Of a stretch of 64,000 bases of DNA, positions 9,154 through 18,860 are shown piece after piece. The stretch lies in contig DBQC01000022.1 of NCBI GenBank assembly GCA_002305075.1, positions 22,238 through 86,237 on the forward strand. Direction: 5' to 3'. The DNA comes from Ruminococcaceae bacterium UBA1404 (GTDB lineage Bacteria; Bacillota; Clostridia; Oscillospirales; Ruminococcaceae). Position numbers and translations under genes: made by a program. A model generated the notes under the pieces. That model ran no database searches and was not told the origin of the DNA. It saw only the letters and a list, made by a program, of their open reading frames with translations. The first letter of the stretch is position 1. Every line of letters starts with the position of its first letter.

Positions 9154-10194
9154 ATGACCTATTCTCTCTCGCGGATTTTCCCCTCCGACCGCCGGGGCCA
9201 GGCCGAGCTGGACCGGCTGCTGACAGGGGAACATATCCGCCGCGACCCCAATTTGGACTACACGGTGGGGCTGTATGACAGCAACCATAAGCTGGTGGCC
9301 ACCGGCTCGACCTTTGGCAACAGCTTGCGCTGCTTGGCGGTGGACAGCCGCTATCAGGGCGAGGGTCTGATGGCTCAGGTGGTGAGCCATCTGGTAAGCC
9401 GGCAAATGACCCAGGGACACAGCCATCTGTTTATTTACACCAAGAGCGATAAAACGGCCATTTTTGGCGATTTAGGCTTTTACGAGATTGCCCGGGTGGA
9501 GGGCGAGGTGGCCTTTATGGAGAACCGCCGCACCGGCTTTGCCGACTTTTTGTCCGGCCTTTCGGCTCAGCGCCGAGCCGGGCAGTGCGCTGCGCTGGTG
9601 ATGAACTGCAATCCCTTTACGCTGGGTCACCGCCACTTGGTGGAGCAGGCGGCCGCCCAAAACGACTGGGTGCACCTGTTTGTGGTGAGCGAGGATGCCT
9701 CGCTGTTCCCCTTTGCCGACCGCTTTGCCCTTGTAAAAGCGGGCTGCGCCCATATGCCCAATGTCATCTTGCACGAGACGGGCAGTTACATGATATCGAG
9801 CGCCGTGTTTCCCTCCTACTTCTTAGAGGACGACGAGTCAGCCATTGCCGTACAAGCCCGGCTGGATCTGCAGCTGTTTGGCTCGATAGCCCGGAGCTTA
9901 GGCGTGACCCGCCGCTATGTGGGCGATGAGCCCTTTAGCAAGGTGACCGGTCTTTACAACCGCATCATGGCCGACGAGCTGCCGGCTGCGGGCATCGACT
10001 GTATTGTCATCCCCCGCAAGGAGCAAGACGGACTTGCCATCAGCGCCAGCCATGTGCGCCAGCTCATCAAAGAAGGCCCCATTGAGGCCATTCGCCCGCT
10101 GGTGCCCCCCACCACCTACGACTACTTTTTTACCGAAGCCGGACAGGCGGTGGTGGACAAAATCCGCACTGCCAACAATGTGATACACTACTAA
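9154..10194 (+). CDS. citC: [Citrate (pro-3S)-lyase] ligase
   Basis: N-terminal GNAT-like domain plus a cytidylyltransferase-like NCNPFT.GH motif. ATG 9154 lies 6 nt after AAGGAGG (9141-9147). Confidence 0.88.
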   Translation: MTYSLSRIFPSDRRGQAELDRLLTGEHIRRDPNLDYTVGLYDSNHKLVATGSTFGNSLRCLAVDSRYQGEGLMAQVVSHLVSRQMTQGHSHLFIYTKSDKTAIFGDLGFYEIARVEGEVAFMENRRTGFADFLSGLSAQRRAGQCAALVMNCNPFTLGHRHLVEQAAAQNDWVHLFVVSEDASLFPFADRFALVKAGCAHMPNVILHETGSYMISSAVFPSYFLEDDESAIAVQARLDLQLFGSIARSLGVTRRYVGDEPFSKVTGLYNRIMADELPAAGIDCIVIPRKEQDGLAISASHVRQLIKEGPIEAIRPLVPPTTYDYFFTEAGQAVVDKIRTANNVIHY

Positions 10195-10232
10195 ATAAAA
10201 CCCGCCCGGACACGCCCGGGCGGGTTTTTTAT
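10193..10232. terminator. Bidirectional terminator between citC and phoR
   Basis: cccgcccgg / ccgggcggg stem flanked by an A-run and a T-run. Confidence 0.8.
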
Positions 10233-10239
10233 TTGGGAA

Positions 10240-11913
10240 TTATGCCGGCGTTTTTGTGTTCGTCCGCCCGGGAAAAGTCAGCGTGACCTTGGTGCCCCGT
10301 CCCTCGGCGCTCTCTAAGGCGAGGGCGGCATGGTGATAGGCGGCGCCATGCTTGACGATGGACAGCCCAAGCCCCGTACCGCCGGTAGCCCGGGTGTGGC
10401 TTTTGTCCACCCGGTAAAAGCGCTCAAAAATGCGGCTTTGATGCTCGACGGGTATGCCGATGCCGTTGTCCTCCACCGAAAGCTGCACCCCACCGTCGGG
10501 CTGGGGGGTCAGGTTTACCTGCACCTCACCGCCGGGGCGGTTGTACTGGACGGCGTTCTCCACAAGATTGCGCACCATCTCCTCAAGGATGTGGGGTGCG
10601 CCCTCGATGATGATGGGCTGACCGGTGAGACTGAGGTTTATGCCGGCGGCCTCCGCCTTTTCTTTAAGGCGTGTCAGCACCCCGGCGCAAAGGCTGTGTA
10701 AATCCACCGACTCCCGGGGCAGCGGGGCGTTCTCATCCAGTCGGGACAGGCGGATAATGTCCCCCACCAGCGCAATGAGCCGGGCAGCTTCGGCGTGGAT
10801 GGTGGCCGCAAACCGGGGAATGTCCTCGGCTTTTGCCATGCCTTTTGCAATGAGCTCGGCGTAGCCCGATATGGCCGTAAGCGGGGTTTTAAGCTCGTGC
10901 GAAACATTGGCCGAAAACTCCTGCCGCAGAGATTCAGCTTCCTGTCTCTCGGTGACATCCAGCAGCAGCAATACGCCGCCCCCTCGCTCTCCCGCCGGGC
11001 TGGCGGTCAGCCGGTAGACCCGGCCCCCGCGCGAAAGGGTCATCTCCCCCGGCCGACCGTCGGTGCAGCCCTCTATAAGTGCCATCAGCTCGGGGCTGCG
11101 GTAAAAGCTTAGGATATGCTCACCCACGGCTGCCTGGGCGTCCACTTCCAGTATTCGGCCGGCCGCCGGGTTCATGGACAACACATACCCGCCGGGGCCA
11201 AAGAGTATGAGCCCCTCTTGCATACTGTCCATGACGGCCGAAAGCTCCCGCTGGGCCTGCTGCAGGGCTGCGTGGCGCTCTTTGAGCTGGTTGTTTTGAT
11301 GGTCTATGCGCCGCAAGAGCCCGGACAGTTCGGGGTAGACGGCGTTGTGGAGCGGATGCTCAAGGTCGAGGTGCTCGAGGGGGGCCACGATGCGCCGGGT
11401 CTCCTGCCCGGCGGCCAGGCCGGCGATGAGGGCCACCGCCGCCGCCACCAGCCCGAGGTAAGGCACACATTGCCACACCGCACCATAAACACTCTGCATA
11501 TCGCCCGCCAAACGCAAAATGCGCCCATCCGGCAGGCGCTGAGCGTAGTAGAAGGTCTGTGTGGCCAGCGTGGCCGACATACGCCGGGCCTCTCCCTGAC
11601 CAGTGGCCATGGCACTTGCCACCTCGGGCCGGTCGGCGTGGCCGGCAAGCTGGGCGGCGTCCCGGCGGCTGTCGTAGAGCACGGCGCCCGTACTGTCCAT
11701 CAGCGTAATGCGCCACCCCGCCGCTGCAAAAGCGGGCAGCACGCCCTCGCCCTCGGCAGCTATCGCTGCGGTAAGGGCCCGCATCTCCCGGTGCAAATCT
11801 CGGCGCAAGTCGCCGTAAAACTGCCCAAGCAGTACCCCCACCACTGCAAGGCAGGCCAGCAGCACCCCCAGCAGGGATACCAGCGTTATGCTGCGGAAAA
11901 TGCGCCCCCTCAT
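10240..11913 (-). CDS. phoR: Phosphate-regulon sensor histidine kinase (PAS + HisKA + HATPase)
   Basis: Two N-terminal TM segments, a PAS region, an H-box FSANVSHELKTPLT, and N/G boxes. It overlaps the upstream response regulator by 4 nt. Confidence 0.85.
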   Translation of the reverse strand: MRGRIFRSITLVSLLGVLLACLAVVGVLLGQFYGDLRRDLHREMRALTAAIAAEGEGVLPAFAAAGWRITLMDSTGAVLYDSRRDAAQLAGHADRPEVASAMATGQGEARRMSATLATQTFYYAQRLPDGRILRLAGDMQSVYGAVWQCVPYLGLVAAAVALIAGLAAGQETRRIVAPLEHLDLEHPLHNAVYPELSGLLRRIDHQNNQLKERHAALQQAQRELSAVMDSMQEGLILFGPGGYVLSMNPAAGRILEVDAQAAVGEHILSFYRSPELMALIEGCTDGRPGEMTLSRGGRVYRLTASPAGERGGGVLLLLDVTERQEAESLRQEFSANVSHELKTPLTAISGYAELIAKGMAKAEDIPRFAATIHAEAARLIALVGDIIRLSRLDENAPLPRESVDLHSLCAGVLTRLKEKAEAAGINLSLTGQPIIIEGAPHILEEMVRNLVENAVQYNRPGGEVQVNLTPQPDGGVQLSVEDNGIGIPVEHQSRIFERFYRVDKSHTRATGGTGLGLSIVKHGAAYHHAALALESAEGRGTKVTLTFPGRTNTKTPA

Positions 11914-12587
11914 GTCGGGACCTCCATTCGGTAGCCCACGCCACGCACCGTGTCAATAAGGGCACTGCCCTTGCCCAGCTTTTGGCGCAGGGTGCGGATG
12001 TGCACATCCACCGTACGGGTTTCCACCGCCGCATCGTAGCCCCATATGCGGGTGAGCAGCTGGTCGCGGGTAAAGACCTGGCCCGGATGGGCCATCAGCA
12101 GCTCAAGCAGTGCAAACTCCTTGACCGTAAGGGCAACTTCGCTGCCCGCCACCTCCACTCGGTGTCGGCGGGGGTCGAGCATAATGGGTCCAAGGTAAAG
12201 GGGCGCATCCTCGTCGGGGGCGGCACGGCGCAGCACCGCCCGTATGCGGGAGACAAGCTCCATCATGCCAAAGGGCTTGGTAACATAGTCGTCGGCCCCC
12301 TCATCAAGGCCTCGCACCTTGTCCACCTCGCCCGACTTTGCTGTGAGCATAATCACCGGAATGCCTCGGGTGTCGGCCCGGCGGCGCAGGCGGCGCAGCA
12401 CGCTGATGCCGTCCTCGCCGGGCAGCATGATATCGAGCAAAATAAGATCGGGCAGAGGCGGATGTTCAAGCGCCGCATAGAGAGCCTTCGGCTCGGTAAA
12501 GCCTACGGGAGAAAAACCCGTGGCCTCGAGGGTATAGATAAGCAGCTCGCGGATGCTGTCCTCGTCCTCAAGACAGTAAATTCTCAT
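11910..12587 (-). CDS. phoB: OmpR-family phosphate response regulator
   Basis: Receiver domain (DD...D...K) plus a winged-helix C-terminus. ATG 12587 overlaps the phoU stop (ATGA). The longer track start has no support. Confidence 0.85.
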   Translation of the reverse strand: MRIYCLEDEDSIRELLIYTLEATGFSPVGFTEPKALYAALEHPPLPDLILLDIMLPGEDGISVLRRLRRRADTRGIPVIMLTAKSGEVDKVRGLDEGADDYVTKPFGMMELVSRIRAVLRRAAPDEDAPLYLGPIMLDPRRHRVEVAGSEVALTVKEFALLELLMAHPGQVFTRDQLLTRIWGYDAAVETRTVDVHIRTLRQKLGKGSALIDTVRGVGYRMEVPT

Positions 12588-13237
12588 AACCCCTCGCTCC
12601 TGTGAGAGCCGGTGACCGAGAACTCCACCCACTCGGCAATGTTTGTGGCGTGGTCGCCAATACGCTCGAGGTACTTGGCAATCATCAAAATGTCCACCGC
12701 ATACTCGCCGTGGGTCATATCCCGGCCTATGAGTTTAACAATCTCGCTGCGGATGTAATCAAAGTGATCGTCCACCACATCGTCGGCCTCGATAACCGCA
12801 CGGGCCAGCTCCACATCCTGCCGTACATAGGCGTCGATGCTGCTGTTGACCATAGAAATGGCGGCTCGTGCCATCTCGGCCACACTGTCCATGGCCGCCC
12901 CGGGACCCACCCGACCGGTGTGGGTGATCTCGGCGATGTCGGCAGCCTGGTCGCCAATGCGCTCCATGTCGGTGATAATTTTAAGCGCCGAGGAGATCTT
13001 GCGCAAGTCCCGGGCTACCGGCTGCTGGCGTAAAATCAGCTGCATACAAAGGTTTTCGATCTTCCGCTCCTTTTCGTCCACAAGATGGTCGCTGTGGGCC
13101 ACCCGCTCGGCCAGGGCCATGTCCTGATCAATCAGAGCCCGCACAGCCGCCGCAATGGCCGTCTCGCAGAGGGCGCCCATCTCCATCATCTCGGTTTTAA
13201 GCTGATCGAGCTCTTGGTCAAAGCGCAGACGCATCAT
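12584..13237 (-). CDS. phoU: Phosphate signalling complex protein PhoU
   Basis: Two PhoU repeats with D..V..ER.GD motifs, in pst operon context. Confidence 0.9.
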   Translation of the reverse strand: MMRLRFDQELDQLKTEMMEMGALCETAIAAAVRALIDQDMALAERVAHSDHLVDEKERKIENLCMQLILRQQPVARDLRKISSALKIITDMERIGDQAADIAEITHTGRVGPGAAMDSVAEMARAAISMVNSSIDAYVRQDVELARAVIEADDVVDDHFDYIRSEIVKLIGRDMTHGEYAVDILMIAKYLERIGDHATNIAEWVEFSVTGSHRSEGL

Positions 13238-13983
13238 CCAAACCTCCCGGTGATATAATCCTCGGTGCGCTGGTCCTTGGGCACCGAAAACAGCGTGGCC
13301 GTGTCGCTAAATTCCACCACCTCGCCCAGTAGAAAGAAGGCCGTGTTGTCCGACATTCTTGCCGCCTGCTGCATATTGTGGGTGACCATGACCAGCGTAT
13401 AGTCCTTCTTTAATTCTACCGCAAGATCCTCAATTTTCAAAGTGGAAATTGGGTCAAGCGCACTGGTGGGCTCGTCCATCAACAGTACCTCGGGCTTTAC
13501 AGCCAACGCCCGGGCAATGCAAATGCGCTGCTGCTGCCCGCCGGACAGACCCAGAGCGCTTTGGTGCAGGCGGTCCTTAACCTCGTCCCAAATGGCCGCC
13601 CCCCGCAAAGATGCCTCCACAACCTCGTCGAGCATGGCCCGGCCACGCACACCATGGGTGCGGGGGCCGTAGGCAATATTATCGTAAATGCTCATGGGAA
13701 AGGGGTTGGGCTTTTGAAACACCATGCCCACCCGCTTGCGCAGCAGGTTGACATCCATGTCGCCATAAATATCCTCGCCGTCGAGCAGCACGCTGCCCTC
13801 CACCCGGCAGCCCTCAATAAGGTCGTTCATGCGGTTAAGGGTTTTTAAAAAGGTGCTCTTGCCGCAGCCCGAGGGCCCGATAAGGGCGGTAATCTGCCGC
13901 TCGGGCAGTTTTAGGTTGACATCTTTTAGTGCCTGAAAGTCATCGTAATATAAATCAAGACCGGTTACAGTAAACTTGTCCAT
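13234..13983 (-). CDS. pstB: Phosphate ABC transporter ATP-binding protein
   Basis: Walker [18 protein letters not shown] signature and PstB-specific flanks. Confidence 0.93.
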   Translation of the reverse strand: MDKFTVTGLDLYYDDFQALKDVNLKLPERQITALIGPSGCGKSTFLKTLNRMNDLIEGCRVEGSVLLDGEDIYGDMDVNLLRKRVGMVFQKPNPFPMSIYDNIAYGPRTHGVRGRAMLDEVVEASLRGAAIWDEVKDRLHQSALGLSGGQQQRICIARALAVKPEVLLMDEPTSALDPISTLKIEDLAVELKKDYTLVMVTHNMQQAARMSDNTAFFLLGEVVEFSDTATLFSVPKDQRTEDYITGRFG

Positions 13984-13987
13984 GGTT

Positions 13988-14860
13988 TCACCCCTTTGTA
14001 AGCTTTCTCGCTATGGCCGTGGCCAGCGCCTGGATAACAAACACCAGACCTACGAGAATAATGGCCGTGGCATAGGCCTCGTTCATGTAGAGCCCCTCGC
14101 TGTACAGGGCCCACATATGCACCGCCAGCGTGCGTCCCGAGCCCATAAGGTCGGGAATTTGGGCCACGGTGCCCGCCGTGTAAACCAGCGCCGCCGTCTC
14201 GCCCAAAATGCGCCCCATGGACAAAATAATCCCCGACAAAATGCCGGGCACCGCCGACGGAAGCACAATGCAAAACAGTGTGCGCAGCTTGCCGGCACCA
14301 AGGCCGTAGCTGCCCTCGCGGTAACTGTCGGGCACGGCCTGAAGCGCCTCCTGAGAGGTGCGCATAATCAGGGGCAGTATCATGATGGCCAGCGTAAAGG
14401 CGCCGGCCAGCAGCGAGTAGCCCCAGCCGAGGAAGTTGACAAAAAACAGCGTGCCAAACAATCCATAGAGGATAGAGGGAATGCCGGACAGGGTTTCGGC
14501 GGCCCGGCGGACCACGGTCACCCAGCGGCTGCCCCGGGTGGCGTATTCCACCAGATAAACCGAGGCGAACACCCCAACCGGCCCGGCCAGCAGCAAGGAC
14601 AGCAGCGTCATGGTGAGCGTGTTGACCAGAGCGGGAATGAGGGATACGTTTTGGCTGGTGTAGACCGGCTCAAAAAGGCTAGGCTTTAAGTAGGGCAGGC
14701 CACGCATAAAAATATAGCCCACCAGATAGACAAACAGCGCCACCGTAAGAAGGGTGGACACCATGACCGCCACCCGCAGCACAAGAGAAATCGGGCTGCG
14801 GCGGTATTCCCGCAGGCGGCGGCTTAAGGAAGTGGAGCGCTTGGAAGGTGACGGGGTCAT
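13988..14860 (-). CDS. pstA: Phosphate ABC transporter permease PstA
   Basis: Multi-TM permease with an EAA-like loop, placed between pstC and pstB. Confidence 0.88.
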   Translation of the reverse strand: MTPSPSKRSTSLSRRLREYRRSPISLVLRVAVMVSTLLTVALFVYLVGYIFMRGLPYLKPSLFEPVYTSQNVSLIPALVNTLTMTLLSLLLAGPVGVFASVYLVEYATRGSRWVTVVRRAAETLSGIPSILYGLFGTLFFVNFLGWGYSLLAGAFTLAIMILPLIMRTSQEALQAVPDSYREGSYGLGAGKLRTLFCIVLPSAVPGILSGIILSMGRILGETAALVYTAGTVAQIPDLMGSGRTLAVHMWALYSEGLYMNEAYATAIILVGLVFVIQALATAIARKLTKG

Positions 14861-15709
14861 CTATCGCTCCTCCTTTCGGGTGATAGAGGCCAGCAGCTGG
14901 TTAAGCAGCAAAATAAATATAAAGAGCACCAGTCCGGTGGCAATAAGCGCCCCCCGGTGCAGGTCTACGGCGTAGCCCATTTCCAGCACGATGTTGGCCG
15001 TGAGGGTGCGTACCCCCGCCAGCAGCCCTTTGGGCATACGGGGCTGGTTGCCCGCCACCATGACCACGGCCATAGTTTCGCCAATGGCACGCCCCACGCC
15101 CAGCACCACACCGGCCAGCACGCCCGAGCGGGCGGCGGGCAGCACGGTGAAAAACACGCTGCGCTCGTGGGTGGCCCCAAGGGCCAGGGCCCCTTCGTAA
15201 TAGCTGTCGGGCACCGCCCGCAGGGCGGCCTCGCTCACCGAGATAACCGTGGGCAATATCATAATAGCAAGCAGCAGCATGGCTGTAAACATACTGCTGC
15301 CGTGTCCGCCTATTTGTCGCACAGCGGGCACCAGCACCGCAATGCCAAAAAAGCCATACACCACCGAGGGTATGGCCGCTAACAATCCCACCATGGGGCT
15401 TAAAATCCGGTGCAGCCACTCAGGGCAGAACCGGGCGAGAAACACCGCTGTAAGCAGCCCCACCGGCAGACCCATGGCCATGGCTCCCGCTGTAACCCAA
15501 ATACTGCCCATAATCATGGGCAGTATGCCGTAAAGGCCGGCAAGCGGCCTCCACTCGGTGCCCAGCAAAAAGCGCAGGGGCCCAATCTCCATAAGGGCGG
15601 GCAGGCCGCTTAGCAGCAGAAACAGGCAGATTAACCCTACCGCCACCAAGCTGGCCCAGGTGCACAGAATGATCAGGCGGCGAAAAAGCCGCTCACGGAT
15701 TTGTTGCAC
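14861..15709 (-). CDS. pstC: Phosphate ABC transporter permease PstC
   Basis: Multi-TM permease, in the pstS-pstC-pstA order. Confidence 0.88.
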   Translation of the reverse strand: MQQIRERLFRRLIILCTWASLVAVGLICLFLLLSGLPALMEIGPLRFLLGTEWRPLAGLYGILPMIMGSIWVTAGAMAMGLPVGLLTAVFLARFCPEWLHRILSPMVGLLAAIPSVVYGFFGIAVLVPAVRQIGGHGSSMFTAMLLLAIMILPTVISVSEAALRAVPDSYYEGALALGATHERSVFFTVLPAARSGVLAGVVLGVGRAIGETMAVVMVAGNQPRMPKGLLAGVRTLTANIVLEMGYAVDLHRGALIATGLVLFIFILLLNQLLASITRKEER

Positions 15710-15724
15710 CGTTCTCCCTCCTTT

Positions 15725-16621
15725 TTATTTTACCTCGTTCCAGTCGGTGATGGTGCCGACAAAGATGTCTTTGATCTGCTCCATGGTCAGGCCGGGCACG
15801 CTGTTTTCGGGGTGAACGATGACGGCGATGCCGTCCATGGCGATAACTGTGGCATCAAGGCCCTTTTCAAGCTCGCTGTCTTTAACCTCGCGGGAGGCCA
15901 TGCCAATGTCGCAAATGCCGTCGATGGCGTTGGTCATGCCGGTGGTCGAGTCGCTCTGCTGAACTTCGATGTTCACATCGGGGTTAAGGGCCACATAGGC
16001 CTCTTTAAGCTTTTCCATGACCGGGGTAACCGAGCTGGAGCCGCTGACTACAATCTTGCCCGAGGCGCCTGCGGCCTCGTAGTCGCCCTGGGCTTCGATG
16101 GCGACATAGCCAGTCTCCTCGGCGATGACCTGGCCCTGATTGCTCAGGATAAAGCGGATGAAGTCCTCGGTCTGGGCACTAACCTCGCCCTTGGTGGCGA
16201 TGTTAAAGGGGCGGGCCAGCTTGTAGCTGCCGTTTTGAACATTTTCGGCTGTGGCTTTTACACCCTCTACATCGAGAGCCTTAACGCCGTCGCTGAGGGA
16301 GCCCATGGAAACGTAGCCAATGGCCGCGGGGCCCTGCATAACCGTGGCCAAAACCACCGAGGTGGAGTTGGAGGTGGTGGCCTCGACGGTGGTGTGGTCC
16401 ATCTTGGTGCCCGAAGCGTCTTTCTGCTCAACGCCGCTTAGCTCAACAAAGGCCGAGCGGGTTCCCGAACCCTCTTCGCGGGTGATGACCTGAATAAGCT
16501 CGGGCTTTGCGGGGGTGTCGCCACCCTCGGGGGTGGAGCTCTGCTCGGCGGGGGCGCAGCCCACAAGCAATGAGAGCAGCAGCATGGCGATGATGGCCGT
16601 CCGACCAAATAAGTGTTTCAT
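15725..16621 (-). CDS. pstS: Phosphate-binding lipoprotein PstS
   Basis: Lipobox LLVGC and a PBP-like sequence with SGSS.V. First gene of the operon. Confidence 0.88.
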   Translation of the reverse strand: MKHLFGRTAIIAMLLLSLLVGCAPAEQSSTPEGGDTPAKPELIQVITREEGSGTRSAFVELSGVEQKDASGTKMDHTTVEATTSNSTSVVLATVMQGPAAIGYVSMGSLSDGVKALDVEGVKATAENVQNGSYKLARPFNIATKGEVSAQTEDFIRFILSNQGQVIAEETGYVAIEAQGDYEAAGASGKIVVSGSSSVTPVMEKLKEAYVALNPDVNIEVQQSDSTTGMTNAIDGICDIGMASREVKDSELEKGLDATVIAMDGIAVIVHPENSVPGLTMEQIKDIFVGTITDWNEVK

Positions 16622-16694
16622 ATGTTTCTCCTTCTGCCGGAGACTTCCGGCCTTTTCGTTATTGTTTATCCTCGGCTCTATTTTATAAGTACTG

Positions 16695-16722
16695 TGTTAA
16701 AAGACAAGCCCGCCAATGTTAA
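16695..16722 (-). promoter_or_regulatory. Candidate Pho-box pair upstream of pstS
   Basis: Two TTAACA hexamers on the minus strand (rev-comp of 16695-16700 and 16717-16722), spaced 22 bp start to start, next to an AT-rich TATAAA element. Confidence 0.35.
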
Positions 16723-16744
16723 ATCGAGGTAAAATCCCCTCTGC

Positions 16745-16773
16745 TTGACAAAGCGGTTTACCCTAGCTATAAT
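16745..16773 (+). promoter_or_regulatory. Consensus sigma-70 promoter driving the riboswitch and btu-like operon
   Basis: TTGACA (16745-16750), 17-nt spacer, TATAAT (16768-16773). Confidence 0.75.
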
Positions 16774-16784
16774 GGGTAGAGCAA

Positions 16785-16965
16785 ACTCAATACGCGCATG
16801 GCTCCGGGGAAGCTGGGTGAAAATCCCACGCAGGACCGCTACTGTAATCGCCCTTGGGTGTAAGCCAGGAGACCGGGCTATGTGCATAGGTATCTGCATA
16901 CGCTTCGGGTATCAGGCGTGGATACGGCGAAGAATCCGGGACGGCGGTCCCTGTTCCTCACCATG
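16785..16965 (+). promoter_or_regulatory. Cobalamin (B12) riboswitch
   Basis: GGGAAGC..GGTGAAAATCC..CGCAGGACCGCTACTGTAA core and B12 box AAGCCAGGAGACCGGGC. It lies between a promoter and a terminator, upstream of a BtuCDF-like transporter. Confidence 0.85.
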
Positions 16966-16970
16966 TTGTA

Positions 16971-16997
16971 AACCCGTGGATGCACGGGCTTTTTTTA
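16971..16997 (+). terminator. Riboswitch expression-platform terminator
   Basis: cccgtg / cacggg stem followed by a T7 run, 20 nt before the permease start. Confidence 0.75.
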
Positions 16998-17017
16998 TTT
17001 TATCTAGGATGTGAACC

Positions 17018-18025
17018 ATGCCTTTATTTAACCGCACCAAAACGCCGCAAAAACGCCTTATCCTGCTGGTGCTGCTGCTTTTATACCTTGCCAGCCTGCT
17101 GGTGGGTGTGGGTGTGGGTGCCAACCGCTACACCGCCGGCCAAGTTCTCAGCGGTCTTCTTAATCCCAACAGCGGCAACCTTTATACCATCATATCCGGC
17201 GTGCGCCTGCCAAGGGTGCTTGTCGCCTCGCTGGTGGGGGTCTGCCTTTCGCTGTCCGGCTGCATTTTGCAGGGGGTTATGCGCAACGATTTGGCCTCTC
17301 CCTCCACCATCGGCGTGACGGCGGGGGCCAGCTTTGCCGGCTATCTTCTGCTGGTGGCCATGCCCCACATGGCCCATCTGCTGCCCATCGGGGCCTTTGC
17401 AGGGGCCTTTGCCACCACTTTGCTCATTTATGCACTATCCAATCAGGACGGCGTGAACCCCGCCCGGATGATTTTGTCCGGTCTTGCAGTGTCGGCTATG
17501 CTGGGGGCCTTTAACGACATTATTCGGCTGTTTTGGAGCGAGAATCTGGCCGGCGCCACCGGCTTTTTGGTGGGCGGATTGGGCGGGGCCACATGGCGGC
17601 AGCTTTGGGGCATTTTGCCCTACGCTTTGGCCGGGCTGGCCGCCTGCCTGCTGCTGCCCCGCCGCCTAAACCTGCTTATGTTAGGGGACGAGGTGGCCGA
17701 AAGCCTGGGGCTGCACACCGAGGCCTTTCGGCTGCTGCTTATTGCCATATCCTCGCTTCTGGCGGCCTCGGCGGTGTCGGTGGCCGGCATCATCAGCTTT
17801 GTAGGGCTGATTGTGCCCCACATTGCCCGCCTTTTAGTAGGCTCGGACTACCACCATCTGTTCCCGGCCTCGGTACTGTTAGGGGCGGTGACGCTGGTGG
17901 CCTGCGACACGGTCGGACGGGTGATTATTCTGCCCGGCGAGATGCCCGTTAGCGTGATTATGGCCTTTATCGGCGCACCCTTTTTTCTTTATCTGCTGCG
18001 CCGCAAGGCCAAAAAAGGAGGCTGA
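17018..18025 (+). CDS. FecCD-family ABC permease (BtuC-like, probable corrinoid uptake)
   Basis: 335-aa polytopic FecCD-type sequence under a B12 riboswitch. Confidence 0.85.
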   Translation: MPLFNRTKTPQKRLILLVLLLLYLASLLVGVGVGANRYTAGQVLSGLLNPNSGNLYTIISGVRLPRVLVASLVGVCLSLSGCILQGVMRNDLASPSTIGVTAGASFAGYLLLVAMPHMAHLLPIGAFAGAFATTLLIYALSNQDGVNPARMILSGLAVSAMLGAFNDIIRLFWSENLAGATGFLVGGLGGATWRQLWGILPYALAGLAACLLLPRRLNLLMLGDEVAESLGLHTEAFRLLLIAISSLLAASAVSVAGIISFVGLIVPHIARLLVGSDYHHLFPASVLLGAVTLVACDTVGRVIILPGEMPVSVIMAFIGAPFFLYLLRRKAKKGG

Positions 18026-18029
18026 GCCT

Positions 18030-18809
18030 GTGTATTTTGGATTTGAGGATATCCATATTGCCTATGGCGATAAAAAAGTGCTGCGGGGCCTTTCGGCCGA
18101 CTTTGAAAAGGGCAGCATAACCGCCCTTGTGGGACCTAACGGCTGTGGCAAAAGCAGCCTGCTGCGCATACTCTCCCGGGGGGTGCGGCCCCAGCGAGGC
18201 ACCGCCTGGCTGGACGGCCGGGACATTCGCAGCTACCGCCGCCGTGAGCTTGCCCAGCGCATAGCCGTGCTGCCCCAGCTGCACAGCGCCCCGGGCGACA
18301 TTGATGTGCGCACCCTGATAAGCTACGGTCGCTATCCTCACCTGCGCCCCGGCCGGCGGCCCACCCCCAAAGACATGGCCCGGGTGGATGCCGTGATGGC
18401 CCACACGGGGCTTTGCCAGCTGGCCGACCAACCGGTGGCCTCCCTCTCGGGGGGCGAGCGGCAGCGGGCCTGGATTGCGCTGGCCGTCTGTCAGGATCCC
18501 GAGATTTTAGTGCTCGACGAGCCCACCACCTACCTCGATGTGAGCCATCAGGTGGATGTTTTAGAGATGGTGCGCCGGCTAAACCGAGAGCAGGGCATCA
18601 CCGTGGTGATGGTGCTCCACGACCTCAATCTGGCCGCCCGCTACGCCGACAGGCTGTGTGCCATCAAAGACGGTGTGCTCTATCTAAGCGGCAGCCCCGC
18701 CGAGGTGATGACCGACGGCTTTTTGCGCGAGGTGTTCGGCGTAACCGCCCATGTCTACGAGGACGAGATAAACGGCTGCCCCTATTTTATCCCCGAAAAG
18801 GTGGTCTGA
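18030..18809 (+). CDS. ABC transporter ATP-binding protein (BtuD/FepC-like)
   Basis: GTG start 8 nt after GGAGG. Walker A GPNGCGKSS, LSGGERQR, and Walker B ILVLDEPT. Confidence 0.88.
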   Translation: MYFGFEDIHIAYGDKKVLRGLSADFEKGSITALVGPNGCGKSSLLRILSRGVRPQRGTAWLDGRDIRSYRRRELAQRIAVLPQLHSAPGDIDVRTLISYGRYPHLRPGRRPTPKDMARVDAVMAHTGLCQLADQPVASLSGGERQRAWIALAVCQDPEILVLDEPTTYLDVSHQVDVLEMVRRLNREQGITVVMVLHDLNLAARYADRLCAIKDGVLYLSGSPAEVMTDGFLREVFGVTAHVYEDEINGCPYFIPEKVV

Positions 18810-18860
18810 CCGCCTTTTGTCCCCATACAATCGGGTTCATTTCAAACTGCAAAGGAGAAC

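Noticed and set aside
16678-17014. Small ORFs (73 and 89 aa) overlapping the btu-operon leader.
   Set aside because: The region is fully explained by a consensus promoter, a cobalamin riboswitch and its terminator.
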